A DNA stretch of 50,307 nucleotides from a virus (Duplodnaviria; Caudoviricetes), in IMG/VR virus record IMGVR_UViG_3300020379_000976, positions 1 through 50,307 of that record, one strand, 5' to 3'. Below the pieces are notes generated by a model that saw nothing but the letters and a program-made list of their open reading frames with translations, had not been told where the DNA came from and ran no database searches. The translations under genes were made by a program, and so were the position numbers. Each line of letters begins with the position of its first letter. The first letter of the stretch is position 1. Below, in pieces: positions 38,841 through 47,132 of the stretch.

Positions 38841-39347
38841 TTAATTGTTTTTTAAAAATTTTTTTAAATGTATTTTTTCCCAATGCTTTCTATAATCCAT
38901 ACCTGTATAAAACTCTTCATTACACTGGCTACATTTAATTAATTTTTTACCAGATGTCTTCAAAATCTTCCCCTTCGTTAGCTTTCGAATAATCAGTCGG
39001 CCTAATAGAAAAGAAATCAGTATGAGTGTGCCCGCCGGTAAGATGGTAGAACCAGTCCAAACTGCTCGCTCCCACTTCGTCATATTCAAAGTACTTCCCG
39101 CTGTTTGAGTAACCGAGTTCAACAATTTTTTCGTTAAGACGTTTCCTGATAAATTGTTTAAGGTCATATGCTTTGAGGTTTTCAATATCCCCTTGCTCAA
39201 ACATTTTGTCAATATATCTTTCTTCTGCTTTAAGCATTGTTTTTGCCGCTTTAATAACGTGTTCATAACAACCATCTTGTAATCCTTTAATTTCTTTACA
39301 CATATGTCTAAATAACTGACATCCCATTTTAGAATGTAATGATTCAT
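38841..39347 (-). CDS. +1-frame ORF overlapping the nrdB 3' end: TM helix plus C2H2 zinc finger
   Basis: C-x2-C-x3-F-x5-Y-x2-H-x4-H at 38868-38933, beyond the nrdB stop, with no in-frame ATG between that stop and the finger; start uncertain (39347, 39167 or 39083). Confidence 0.75.
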   Translation of the reverse strand: MNHYILKWDVSYLDICVKKLKDYKMVVMNTLLKRQKQCLKQKKDILTKCLSKGILKTSKHMTLNNLSGNVLTKKLLNSVTQTAGSTLNMTKWERAVWTGSTILPAGTLILISFLLGRLIIRKLTKGKILKTSGKKLIKCSQCNEEFYTGMDYRKHWEKIHLKKFLKNN

Positions 39348-39915
39348 CTCTTACACTCCACTTCATCTGTTGGCCAATGCCTTTGAGCAAATTACGCAAC
39401 TGAAAGCTATATAACACAGCAAAAGCGGAATAGAGACTAACGCCTTCTGCAAATGCAGAAAATACAGCGAGAGACCTGCCAATCCCAATAGGGTCGCTAC
39501 CAGAGTAACTAACAAGATTATCGAAGCGCTGCGCCGTGGCGGGCTCGTGTAAGAATGCTTCAAAGTTTTCGAGTCCAAGTGTTTCATTTAAATAAGAATA
39601 AGCAACAGCGTGTATTGTTTCTTGCGAACCAAACATCATTGCCATTTGTTGTATTTCGTGTTTAGGAAACCAGCCTACAACCTTTTGTGTCCAATAATCT
39701 GATACCGCACATTCTGTTTGTGCAAATCCTAAAAGAATATTACCAACTAAATTTTTTTCTGATTTAGTTAATTTTTCATTCCAGTCCTTAACGTCACTTG
39801 ACATTGGTATTTCAGTATGTAACCAAAAAGCTTGAGCTTGTTTAAGCCAACCTTCTGTATAATATTCAGGGTATTCAAAAGGTTTATAAGGTATTCTTTC
39901 GTCAAATAATCCCAT
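38947..39915 (-). CDS. nrdB: Ribonucleotide reductase class Ia beta subunit
   Basis: W...E..M..D, QETIHAVAYS, EGVSLYSAF, RDESLH and DFF motifs. Confidence 0.95.
   Translation of the reverse strand: MGLFDERIPYKPFEYPEYYTEGWLKQAQAFWLHTEIPMSSDVKDWNEKLTKSEKNLVGNILLGFAQTECAVSDYWTQKVVGWFPKHEIQQMAMMFGSQETIHAVAYSYLNETLGLENFEAFLHEPATAQRFDNLVSYSGSDPIGIGRSLAVFSAFAEGVSLYSAFAVLYSFQLRNLLKGIGQQMKWSVRDESLHSKMGCQLFRHMCKEIKGLQDGCYEHVIKAAKTMLKAEERYIDKMFEQGDIENLKAYDLKQFIRKRLNEKIVELGYSNSGKYFEYDEVGASSLDWFYHLTGGHTHTDFFSIRPTDYSKANEGEDFEDIW
39363..39587 (-). CDS. Nested +1-frame two-TM membrane protein in nrdB (74 aa)
   Basis: Basic N-terminus and two hydrophobic helices; extent matches a GC-raised patch. Confidence 0.6.
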   Translation of the reverse strand: MKHLDSKTLKHSYTSPPRRSASIILLVTLVATLLGLAGLSLYFLHLQKALVSIPLLLCYIAFSCVICSKALANR

Positions 39916-40115
39916 TACTTTTTATCTTCTTTTTCTTTTGTGTTTTCTTTTTTAAGTTCTTCAAGAGCTTTATCATAACCAGGTAATTTTTTAGTAACCA
40001 TCATTGTGCCCACAGCTAAATCTTTTAGGTTATGTAATTCTTGTACTATTCTATTCATAGAATTGCCTAGCACTTCTATCTTATTGCGCATTTCTATTAG
40101 TTTATTCTCCTTCAT
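39915..40115 (-). CDS. Hypothetical protein
   Basis: Coupled to neighbouring genes. Confidence 0.65.
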   Translation of the reverse strand: MKENKLIEMRNKIEVLGNSMNRIVQELHNLKDLAVGTMMVTKKLPGYDKALEELKKENTKEKEDKK

Positions 40116-40317
40116 TAAAATATTTATTTAATGTATTAATTCTATCGTCGGCATCAACTAACATTTGTAATGCTTGTTCTGCATTCTTATAATAATCATC
40201 TGTTGAATGATCACCAATACCTGCAGGTTTATTACTTAATAAATCTAAGCTAAGTAATGCTTTTGTTTTATCTGCTTCAGCAGATGTTAATAACATTTTA
40301 TATAATTCCTTGTACAT
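40102..40317 (-). CDS. Conserved hypothetical phage protein
   Basis: P.GIGDHS motif in a helical hairpin. Confidence 0.7.
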   Translation of the reverse strand: MYKELYKMLLTSAEADKTKALLSLDLLSNKPAGIGDHSTDDYYKNAEQALQMLVDADDRINTLNKYFNEGE

Positions 40318-40513
40318 CTTTGCTAAGTATTATAGGACTTGCATCCTTATTGTTTTTAACTTCAATATGAGTTTCTTTAATAGTAACTATAGGATCAATA
40401 GGTTCCATTATTCTTCTAATAACTTTGCCGTGTTGATCTCTAATTATTTTCTTTCTTGAAAACAATCGTTTATAGTTTTTTAAAACGTATTCTTTTATTT
40501 TTTCTTCATTCAT
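40298..40513 (-). CDS. Hypothetical protein
   Basis: Operon packing. Confidence 0.6.
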   Translation of the reverse strand: MNEEKIKEYVLKNYKRLFSRKKIIRDQHGKVIRRIMEPIDPIVTIKETHIEVKNNKDASPIILSKDVQGII

Positions 40514-40649
40514 AATGCATGGTTAAACATAGTTCTACAAAAGGTAAATATAATACATGCTCCACAAATGTCTCCTCAGGATAGCTTCGTATTCCTACAA
40601 CAACTCCCGGATATAAACCTACGCTAACTTCCCACCCTGCTATTTTCAT
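40506..40649 (-). CDS. Hypothetical protein (47 aa)
   Basis: Own translation MKIAGWEVSVGLYPGVVVGIRSYPEETFVEHVLYLPFVELCLTMHYE; fills the gap. Confidence 0.65.
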   Translation of the reverse strand: MKIAGWEVSVGLYPGVVVGIRSYPEETFVEHVLYLPFVELCLTMHYE

Positions 40650-40740
40650 TTAAATAATAGTTTAACATTTTCATATGAAATTTTATTCTTTCAACATAGT
40701 GATCTTGAAGTGAAGTTATTTCTGTGTCTTTAAATTCCAT
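40624..40740 (-). CDS. Hypothetical protein (38 aa)
   Basis: Own translation MEFKDTEITSLQDHYVERIKFHMKMLNYYLNENSRVGS; overlaps both neighbours slightly. Confidence 0.5.
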   Translation of the reverse strand: MEFKDTEITSLQDHYVERIKFHMKMLNYYLNENSRVGS

Positions 40741-40837
40741 ATCGTTCATGTATATTTAATATATCCTTATACTTTATAGGATTTCTTTTAATTAATTTTT
40801 TAATTTCTTTATCTATTTTACGTCTTCTATACATCAT
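40730..40837 (-). CDS. Small basic hypothetical protein
   Basis: Part of ORF 40730-40948; likely start MMYRRRK overlapping the upstream stop (ATGA). Confidence 0.45.
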   Translation of the reverse strand: MMYRRRKIDKEIKKLIKRNPIKYKDILNIHERYGI

Positions 40838-41295
40838 TTCTGCCTCTTTCTTTTTCTTGATTCTTTGATCAAATTTATCGTCAGATCTACTTCTTTCTGA
40901 TTTTGAGGCTTGTAAAGTATCTTTCCAATATTGTTTTTCGTAAGCCATAATTTAAATAGTTTCCACCTTAAAGGAAAAGATTCATTTGGTCTGCCTTTGC
41001 ATTCTATAATATAATCTTTACCAATAAAATCAGGTGTATATTTTATACCTAATATTTTTTTAATTCCTCTGTTTATATATTCGCCTTTACCATTAGCTTG
41101 TTTTTCATAACTTGTATTAGGGAATTGAAATGAAGTTATTAATTCAAACGTTTCATTTTCATATCCTTCAAACAATTTATTTTTTTTTAAAGCTATATAA
41201 GTGTATCTTTCAAGACCTGAAGCAAAGTTAATACCATCATATGATATTTTTTTAGCTTGTACAGGACCTCTTTTTTTACTCCTACGTTTTACCAT
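40834..41295 (-). CDS. PD-(D/E)XK endonuclease, T7 endonuclease I/resolvase-like
   Basis: F.SGLE, YE, YTPDF...IIECKG motifs. Confidence 0.8.
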   Translation of the reverse strand: MVKRRSKKRGPVQAKKISYDGINFASGLERYTYIALKKNKLFEGYENETFELITSFQFPNTSYEKQANGKGEYINRGIKKILGIKYTPDFIGKDYIIECKGRPNESFPLRWKLFKLWLTKNNIGKILYKPQNQKEVDLTINLIKESRKRKRQK

Positions 41296-41564
41296 GTAAC
41301 ATCCCAGTTTTTATCTGTAGTGTCTGATGTCCAACTTGATTCAGGATATTTACTTAGCTTTTTTTCTTCTTCAATTAATACAGCTCTAATTTTTTCAATA
41401 TAGTTAGCAGCATCCATAAGCTCTTCTTGTAAATGATTAAGCCAAGTGTCAAGTGATTGATCATCTTTATCTAAACCAACACCATACTTTTTATAACCTG
41501 CTTCAGCACGTTTTTGAATCTTTTCAATTACGCGATTAATTATTTTGTCGTTTACTTTACTCAT
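41289..41564 (-). CDS. Small all-alpha NTP-pyrophosphatase-like phage protein
   Basis: R...G.KKYG..L......WL.HLQEELMDA..Y motif. Confidence 0.55.
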   Translation of the reverse strand: MSKVNDKIINRVIEKIQKRAEAGYKKYGVGLDKDDQSLDTWLNHLQEELMDAANYIEKIRAVLIEEEKKLSKYPESSWTSDTTDKNWDVTW

Positions 41565-42318
41565 CTTTTACAAATGTTCCGTTAACCATTTTACCTGTTC
41601 TTTTAGATATTACATTAAATGATTCATCAATGCAATCTTCAATTTTAAACCCTTCAAGTTCTGAAAGATTAGCAAGGACTATTACCATATCACCAATAGC
41701 ATCTTTTATCTCAGGTTTATTTTGTTTTAATAATGCTTGTGCAAGTTCTCCTGCTTCTTCCATTAGTTTAACATACTGAGTTTTACTATCACCTTTCTGA
41801 TAAAGATTACGATCTTTAGCCCAGTTTCTTATTTTATTAAATGCTGATGTACCGTTAGATTTAAATGCTTTAGTAAAGGCTTTATTATAAATATAACACG
41901 TACCAGGCCCAAATTGGCTTGCATGTACATTAACTAATATCCAATCAATATAATCTTGATTATTTAATTCAAATACACCTTCAGATAATTCTAAAGTAAT
42001 GTCTTTTAAAAATTCAGCATTAATATCACTAGGCGATATTTTAAATGTTGTTGTTGCTTGTGATGAGCTATGTTTATTCATTTTTTTACGAAATAAATCT
42101 TTATATAATTTAATATCTGTTTTGTATTTAAGTTCTTTTTGTAAATTTCTTTCAGCTTCTGAAGCTTCTACTATATCATCTGTTTCATATAATATATCGT
42201 ATTCACCGGGTTTATATCCTTGTTCTTCTTCAACACGTTTCTTAATATTAGTTGTACAACCAATCTTAATACCGGGGATATGGTATATTTTATATTTACC
42301 TTTCTTTAGTTCTATCAT
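41557..42318 (-). CDS. GIY-YIG-like N-terminal domain fused to MazG-like pyrophosphohydrolase
   Basis: YKIYHIPG.KIGCT.N...R N-terminus; KLMEEAGELA...DAIGD C-terminus. Confidence 0.75.
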   Translation of the reverse strand: MIELKKGKYKIYHIPGIKIGCTTNIKKRVEEEQGYKPGEYDILYETDDIVEASEAERNLQKELKYKTDIKLYKDLFRKKMNKHSSSQATTTFKISPSDINAEFLKDITLELSEGVFELNNQDYIDWILVNVHASQFGPGTCYIYNKAFTKAFKSNGTSAFNKIRNWAKDRNLYQKGDSKTQYVKLMEEAGELAQALLKQNKPEIKDAIGDMVIVLANLSELEGFKIEDCIDESFNVISKRTGKMVNGTFVKDE

Positions 42319-43130
42319 GTATTTAATTTAGCTTTAATTGGTGGATGTGAATTATAATTTTTTAATTCAATCATATCTAACTCTGGTAATATTACTTCTT
42401 CGTTAACAATACTAATTCCGCAAGAAGAATCAACCCTAGGTAATTCCATAAAATCATTATTAAGTTGCTGCTTAGCTTGTTCAATATGGTTGCTATACAA
42501 ATGACAATCACCAAGACAACCGATAAGTTCACCTTTAACATATTCAGATCCTTCAGCTAACAACTGAAGTAATAAACCATACATTGCAATGTCATAAGGT
42601 AACCCAAGAAAAACATCAACTGATCGTTGTTGCCACATAAGATTAAGTTTGCCATCATTTATATATACTTGAAAGCCATAGTGGCAAGGCGGCAACACCA
42701 TATCAGCCAGATCATTGGGATTCCATAAGCTTGCCATAATGCGCCGCGAGCTTGGGTATCTTTTAATTTTGACGAGTATTCTTTTAAGCTGATCAACGCC
42801 ATTGAAGTCCCTAAGCTGCTTCCCATAAACAGGACCAAGCGTACCGTCAGATCTACCTGATCTTTCATAATCAGGATTCCAGTAATTAACGCCATTTGAC
42901 TGCAAGTAATGCATATCAGTACGACCTTGAAGAATCCATAATAATTCCGTAACTGCATGTTTAAAATATATTTTTTTAGTTGTTAATAGTGGGAAGCCAA
43001 GTGACATATCATGCTTTATCATTCTACCAAATACAGATTTGGTGCCTGTGCCTGTTCTATCTTCTTTATCTTTACCACTATATAATACACCAGCTAATAA
43101 GCTTCTGTATTCATCTTGTATGTTTATCAT
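42315..43130 (-). CDS. thyA: Thymidylate synthase
   Basis: DRTGTGT, FPLLTTKK, LGPVYG, LPPCH, QRSVD..LGLP and GDCHLY motifs; likely start 43130. Confidence 0.95.
   Translation of the reverse strand: MINIQDEYRSLLAGVLYSGKDKEDRTGTGTKSVFGRMIKHDMSLGFPLLTTKKIYFKHAVTELLWILQGRTDMHYLQSNGVNYWNPDYERSGRSDGTLGPVYGKQLRDFNGVDQLKRILVKIKRYPSSRRIMASLWNPNDLADMVLPPCHYGFQVYINDGKLNLMWQQRSVDVFLGLPYDIAMYGLLLQLLAEGSEYVKGELIGCLGDCHLYSNHIEQAKQQLNNDFMELPRVDSSCGISIVNEEVILPELDMIELKNYNSHPPIKAKLNT
42659..42958 (-). CDS. Nested +1-frame hydrophobic ORF in thyA (99 aa)
   Basis: Stop-free frame across a GC-raised thyA core; 2-3 hydrophobic segments. Confidence 0.5.
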   Translation of the reverse strand: MQLRNYYGFFKVVLICITCSQMALITGILIMKDQVDLTVRLVLFMGSSLGTSMALISLKEYSSKLKDTQARGALWQAYGIPMIWLIWCCRLATMAFKYI

Positions 43131-43398
43131 AATAATATTTACACATTTTATAATATTCTGACCATATGCTATGTTTATCATAAACACTTGGTGAAAAGTT
43201 TATAGTCTCACCTTTTTTATATGGCCCAAAAGCAATTGCTATTTTCCATTTACCGGGCTCTTGACATATACCATAAGGTGATATTCTTATATTGTTATCA
43301 ATACAATATTTTTGCCACGTTTCTTCTTCTAAACTAGTTGTGTAAAATGGCATTTTATATGCATCTTTTTTACCTTTACCAGTTAATCCGCTTCCCAT
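43111..43398 (-). CDS. Hypothetical protein
   Basis: Operon packing. Confidence 0.65.
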   Translation of the reverse strand: MGSGLTGKGKKDAYKMPFYTTSLEEETWQKYCIDNNIRISPYGICQEPGKWKIAIAFGPYKKGETINFSPSVYDKHSIWSEYYKMCKYYYDKHTR

Positions 43399-45092
43399 GG
43401 CATCTTATTATTTATTTGTTGTACTATTGGTATATAATTACCACTTATTTTATCCCAAGTAAAATGTGCTTCAGCTTGATTCTCACCTAAGTTTTGAAAC
43501 TTTACTTTAAGAACTTTTACTTTTACAGTTTGCTTTTCATAATCTCTATGTACTAGCAGCCCGTGATAAGAAGCATCATACCATTCACCACCACCTTTAA
43601 TATTATACATATTAGGTTCATCAATAGTACCATCTTCTTTCTTATACATTTTAGTAGGATGAGCTACAACAATAACAAGCACATCGTGTTTCTTAGCAAA
43701 AGCTTCAACTCTTGTTAAGTATTCCATAGTAGCATCTGTAATACTCATATTACTAGCACCATTCATCTTAACTTTATTATACGGATCTATTACTAAACAC
43801 TTAATACCTTTACGCTTTACAAGCTCTGCACCTTTTTCTAATACAGAATCTAAATCATATCTTTCATTTTCTATAAAGAAAAAGTTATTATTAACTACAT
43901 CAGTTACTTCATTCCATTTAGCAGAACCAATATCTGATTCTCTTGGCATCCATCCACCTATCTTACGAATAAGTTTATGTCCATGCAAAAATGTTGGTTT
44001 ATTTTCCGGAGAAGCAAATGCTGTTTTCCAGCCGTACTTTAAATAATATCCTATAATCATTCTATCTACAAAATCAGATTTACCTGAACTTGGCACACCT
44101 GTTACTGTAATAAACTGTCCTGTATAAGTTGAAAATATATCATCAAAAGGCTCTAACCCGATTTGATAACCGGGTTTAAAACCTTCCTGAATAAACTCTT
44201 TTAATTCATTACTTACATCTGATAATGTTAAAACATTTTCAAGAGGTACGGGGCTTGCATTAGCAACGAGGCTAGCAAGCAAGTTGTTCCCATTGTGAAT
44301 AAGAAATTCATTAGCGTCTTTGTGATTGCCGAGGTCGATCGTATAACACGCTTCCGCTCCGAGTCTTCTAATAAGTTCTTGTTTAAGATTTTCTCCTGCC
44401 TCATCTTGATCAACTGCGAGAATGATTTTTTCTTTTGATTCAAAATAATCAATGCAGTTGTCCAAGTAATCAAGGTTAGTGTTATTAATTGTAGCTCCGT
44501 TTGGGACGCTAACCACTGAATCAATCCCAGCTTCAATAAAAGATAAAGCGTCAATCTCTCCTTCCACAATAACCACATATCTATGGCTAAGAGTAGCATC
44601 AATATTATAAAATATTTTTTCTGCTCCCTTAACAAGTTTAAAATTCTTTCTTCCATCTCTATACTTTATGTTAATTAGTTCATTGTTAATAAAGTAATTA
44701 AATTGGATTGTGTTCTCTTTTTTTCCTGTCTGTGGCATATATTCCAATCCTTCTGATACTTTCATTTTATTTAAAGTATCTTCTGATATACCACGTTTTT
44801 TAAACCATTGAATAACTTTATTACTTAGTTTAGTATTTGTAATAGGTTCCGGTTTTACATATTCTTTATCAGGATTTTTTCTTTTAAAGGTATGTAACTG
44901 AAATGTATTATTACAATTATGACAAGTACCAAGACCACGTTTCCAGTCATAAGATGCACATTTCTTTTTCTGGTTAGCAGGTTTCCTGTCAGCAGAGCAA
45001 AGAGGACAAACGCCCTCTTGCTCACCAACTTTAAGATTATATTGATTAAATATATCTATATCGAAACCATTAATCTCGATGTCATTTATCAT
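43383..45092 (-). CDS. T7 gp4-like primase-helicase
   Basis: CPLC/CHNC Zn finger, TOPRIM EGEIDALS and DQD, Walker A GVPSSGKS, IDPYN; likely start 45092. Confidence 0.92.
   Translation of the reverse strand: MINDIEINGFDIDIFNQYNLKVGEQEGVCPLCSADRKPANQKKKCASYDWKRGLGTCHNCNNTFQLHTFKRKNPDKEYVKPEPITNTKLSNKVIQWFKKRGISEDTLNKMKVSEGLEYMPQTGKKENTIQFNYFINNELINIKYRDGRKNFKLVKGAEKIFYNIDATLSHRYVVIVEGEIDALSFIEAGIDSVVSVPNGATINNTNLDYLDNCIDYFESKEKIILAVDQDEAGENLKQELIRRLGAEACYTIDLGNHKDANEFLIHNGNNLLASLVANASPVPLENVLTLSDVSNELKEFIQEGFKPGYQIGLEPFDDIFSTYTGQFITVTGVPSSGKSDFVDRMIIGYYLKYGWKTAFASPENKPTFLHGHKLIRKIGGWMPRESDIGSAKWNEVTDVVNNNFFFIENERYDLDSVLEKGAELVKRKGIKCLVIDPYNKVKMNGASNMSITDATMEYLTRVEAFAKKHDVLVIVVAHPTKMYKKEDGTIDEPNMYNIKGGGEWYDASYHGLLVHRDYEKQTVKVKVLKVKFQNLGENQAEAHFTWDKISGNYIPIVQQINNKMPWEAD
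44228..44656 (-). CDS. Nested +1-frame multi-TM-like ORF in the primase domain (142 aa)
   Basis: Stop-free frame overlapping the GC-raised patch at about 44240-44570. Confidence 0.5.
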   Translation of the reverse strand: MEERILNLLREQKKYFIILMLLLAIDMWLLWKERLTLYLLLKLGLIQWLASQTELQLITLTLITWTTALIILNQKKKSFSQLIKMRQEKILNKNLLEDSERKRVIRSTSAITKTLMNFLFTMGTTCLLASLLMQAPYLLKMF

Positions 45093-45093
45093 A

Positions 45094-45405
45094 CTAAAAT
45101 GGTAAATCTGGTTCTTCTTGTTTAGGAGTATTATTTTGCATTGCAGGTTCACCATCTCTCGGTGGCGGATCTGGAAATGCACCATTACTCCATACTACTT
45201 GCACATTACCTAAATAAACCTTATCAACTTTTGATTCTCTTTCTTCTTTAGATTGAGAAACAATCATAGGCCCTTGATTATTGAACTGATCAACTTCATC
45301 ATTAACTGTTATAGTGATAGGTAAATACTTTCCTTTTTTACCCTCAATAATTTTATCTTTAGGTATTGCAGATAAATTAATACTTCCTTTTATAATACCT
45401 GCCAT
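45094..45405 (-). CDS. Putative single-stranded DNA-binding protein
   Basis: Small beta-rich domain with acidic tail ending EEPDLPF. Confidence 0.65.
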   Translation of the reverse strand: MAGIIKGSINLSAIPKDKIIEGKKGKYLPITITVNDEVDQFNNQGPMIVSQSKEERESKVDKVYLGNVQVVWSNGAFPDPPPRDGEPAMQNNTPKQEEPDLPF

Positions 45406-45572
45406 TAATAAGAGTTTACTTGAGTAAATAATCTTCTAAGCTGATCTTTGTTAGCACCTGTAGTTCTTCTTAAGTTGTCTACAGCTTTAACATGTGACTG
45501 ATTAGAATAAAAGTTTTTTGCACTCGTAGTTATACCTGTAACATCACAGGTCATTTTTCTAGTTCTTGCCAT
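45405..45572 (-). CDS. Hypothetical protein (55 aa)
   Basis: Own translation MARTRKMTCDVTGITTSAKNFYSNQSHVKAVDNLRRTTGANKDQLRRLFTQVNSY; TAATG coupling to the next gene. Confidence 0.7.
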   Translation of the reverse strand: MARTRKMTCDVTGITTSAKNFYSNQSHVKAVDNLRRTTGANKDQLRRLFTQVNSY

Positions 45573-45588
45573 ATTAAATTAATTTAAA

Positions 45589-46320
45589 TTAAAGTGTTTT
45601 TGAAATATAAAATTGTGTTAAATCAAATTGCTCATCACCAAAAAATTCATTATAAGCTTGAGCCGCTCTCGCAACTTTATTTTGTCCTGATTGGAGAAAA
45701 TCATCGCTGCAGTCATATAAACCTAATTGATGTGTTTTTTTATCTATTACTATAAACACTAGCTCATAGCCAAATAGCTTAGAATAAATATAAGCTTGAC
45801 TGTCATAATTAAATTTATAAGCACTAGAACGAAATGAATCGATCGATGATGTAGTCTTTAAGTCTACTATTAGTTGTTGTGTGTGGTTAATAATATCGGC
45901 TTTACCTTTCCACATCACTCCTTCTAATTCAGTGACACCCGGAACCTCATAATCAACTTTACCTTCTTGTATTAAGTCTTTAAATAATTCAACTTCAAGG
46001 ACTCTCTCACGCATGTTCTGAATAGAATCCGCTTCATGTTCTAGTAAACATATTTCACCGCCGGAGAGTTCTTTGTAGACTTTTGTATTCCTTGTTGTTG
46101 CGTTAATTATTTTATACTTATCTAGTTTATGAGGTTCGAGTATACACGTATGAAAATAACCACCTATTGCAAAAGCAGTAGAGGGTTCACTAGGCTTCTT
46201 AAAATCAAGAGGATTATTCAATAGTGCTCTTATGTCACTATTAGAAAGAAACTGTTTACCATAATCACCATAATAGTTATCGTCGGATTTTAGTTTCTTT
46301 ATTATTTCCTCTTTATTCAT
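45589..46320 (-). CDS. PD-(D/E)XK exonuclease (RecE/DUF3799-like)
   Basis: LSNS, G...H..ILEP, KGKADI, DLKTT and Y..QA..Y motifs. Confidence 0.8.
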   Translation of the reverse strand: MNKEEIIKKLKSDDNYYGDYGKQFLSNSDIRALLNNPLDFKKPSEPSTAFAIGGYFHTCILEPHKLDKYKIINATTRNTKVYKELSGGEICLLEHEADSIQNMRERVLEVELFKDLIQEGKVDYEVPGVTELEGVMWKGKADIINHTQQLIVDLKTTSSIDSFRSSAYKFNYDSQAYIYSKLFGYELVFIVIDKKTHQLGLYDCSDDFLQSGQNKVARAAQAYNEFFGDEQFDLTQFYISKTL

Positions 46321-46894
46321 TTACAAGCTCAGACCTAGCTTCTTCAGTTATTGTATATTTATCTTCAAGTGTTTTCATTAATCCACCATTAGATAAAAAC
46401 TTCTTAGCTTGTTCTATATTAGCTTTATTAATTAAAGGTTTTTTAGATTTTGCTATTTTGTTTTCTAAATTTTGCATTTTAGATTTGATAGATGTTTCTC
46501 TATTATGCGAATTTGTAGCATCAGCATCAGCGGTATCATCAATTAACAATAAATTACCAAGTGCATATTTTTTGCCATATGATGAAGCACTACCAAATCT
46601 TTGAGGCATTTGTTGCCCTTTAGCATTTAAATCAACACCTACTATTGCTGTAGCTTCAATCGTATCGCCGGCTTCAGCATCAACTATAATAGCTGTTGAA
46701 TGTATTATAGGGAAATCACCCATAGTTAAATTTTCTTTAACTGTAAAATAAACACCATACTTTTCGTTTAATGGTTTTAATGATTCAAGTATATCTTCAG
46801 CTGACCTGAAATTATACTTACCAAAAGCATTATAACGAGACTTTTTGGATTTAAATTCATATTGTATTCTACTTAATTTTTCTCGTATATTCAT
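46313..46894 (-). CDS. ERF-family single-strand annealing protein
   Basis: N.FGKY.FRSAEDIL; Q..GSASSY.KKYAL..L..IDD..D.D motif. Confidence 0.85.
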   Translation of the reverse strand: MNIREKLSRIQYEFKSKKSRYNAFGKYNFRSAEDILESLKPLNEKYGVYFTVKENLTMGDFPIIHSTAIIVDAEAGDTIEATAIVGVDLNAKGQQMPQRFGSASSYGKKYALGNLLLIDDTADADATNSHNRETSIKSKMQNLENKIAKSKKPLINKANIEQAKKFLSNGGLMKTLEDKYTITEEARSELVNE

Positions 46895-47132
46895 ATTTAG
46901 TTAATTTGTGCCACTTTTTATTTTTCATTTTTAATTCTCTAATTGCATACTTTTTATCTTTATAATACATATTATGATAAAGTGCATCGCCATGCAATTG
47001 GTTCTCAGTATTTTTTTTATCATCGGTCGATGTATCGATGTTAAAATAACTTAATGCTTCAGATAAATTAGTGGCATCGCCTCTATCTATTGCATCATCT
47101 TCAATGTCGTAAAGTATATGTTTATGTTCCAT
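46869..47132 (-). CDS. Hypothetical protein
   Basis: Operon packing. Confidence 0.6.
   Translation of the reverse strand: MEHKHILYDIEDDAIDRGDATNLSEALSYFNIDTSTDDKKNTENQLHGDALYHNMYYKDKKYAIRELKMKNKKWHKLTKYEYTRKIK

Noticed and set aside
45660-46140. Mild GC rise in the exonuclease gene
   Set aside because: The +1 frame contains several stops; no long nested ORF.
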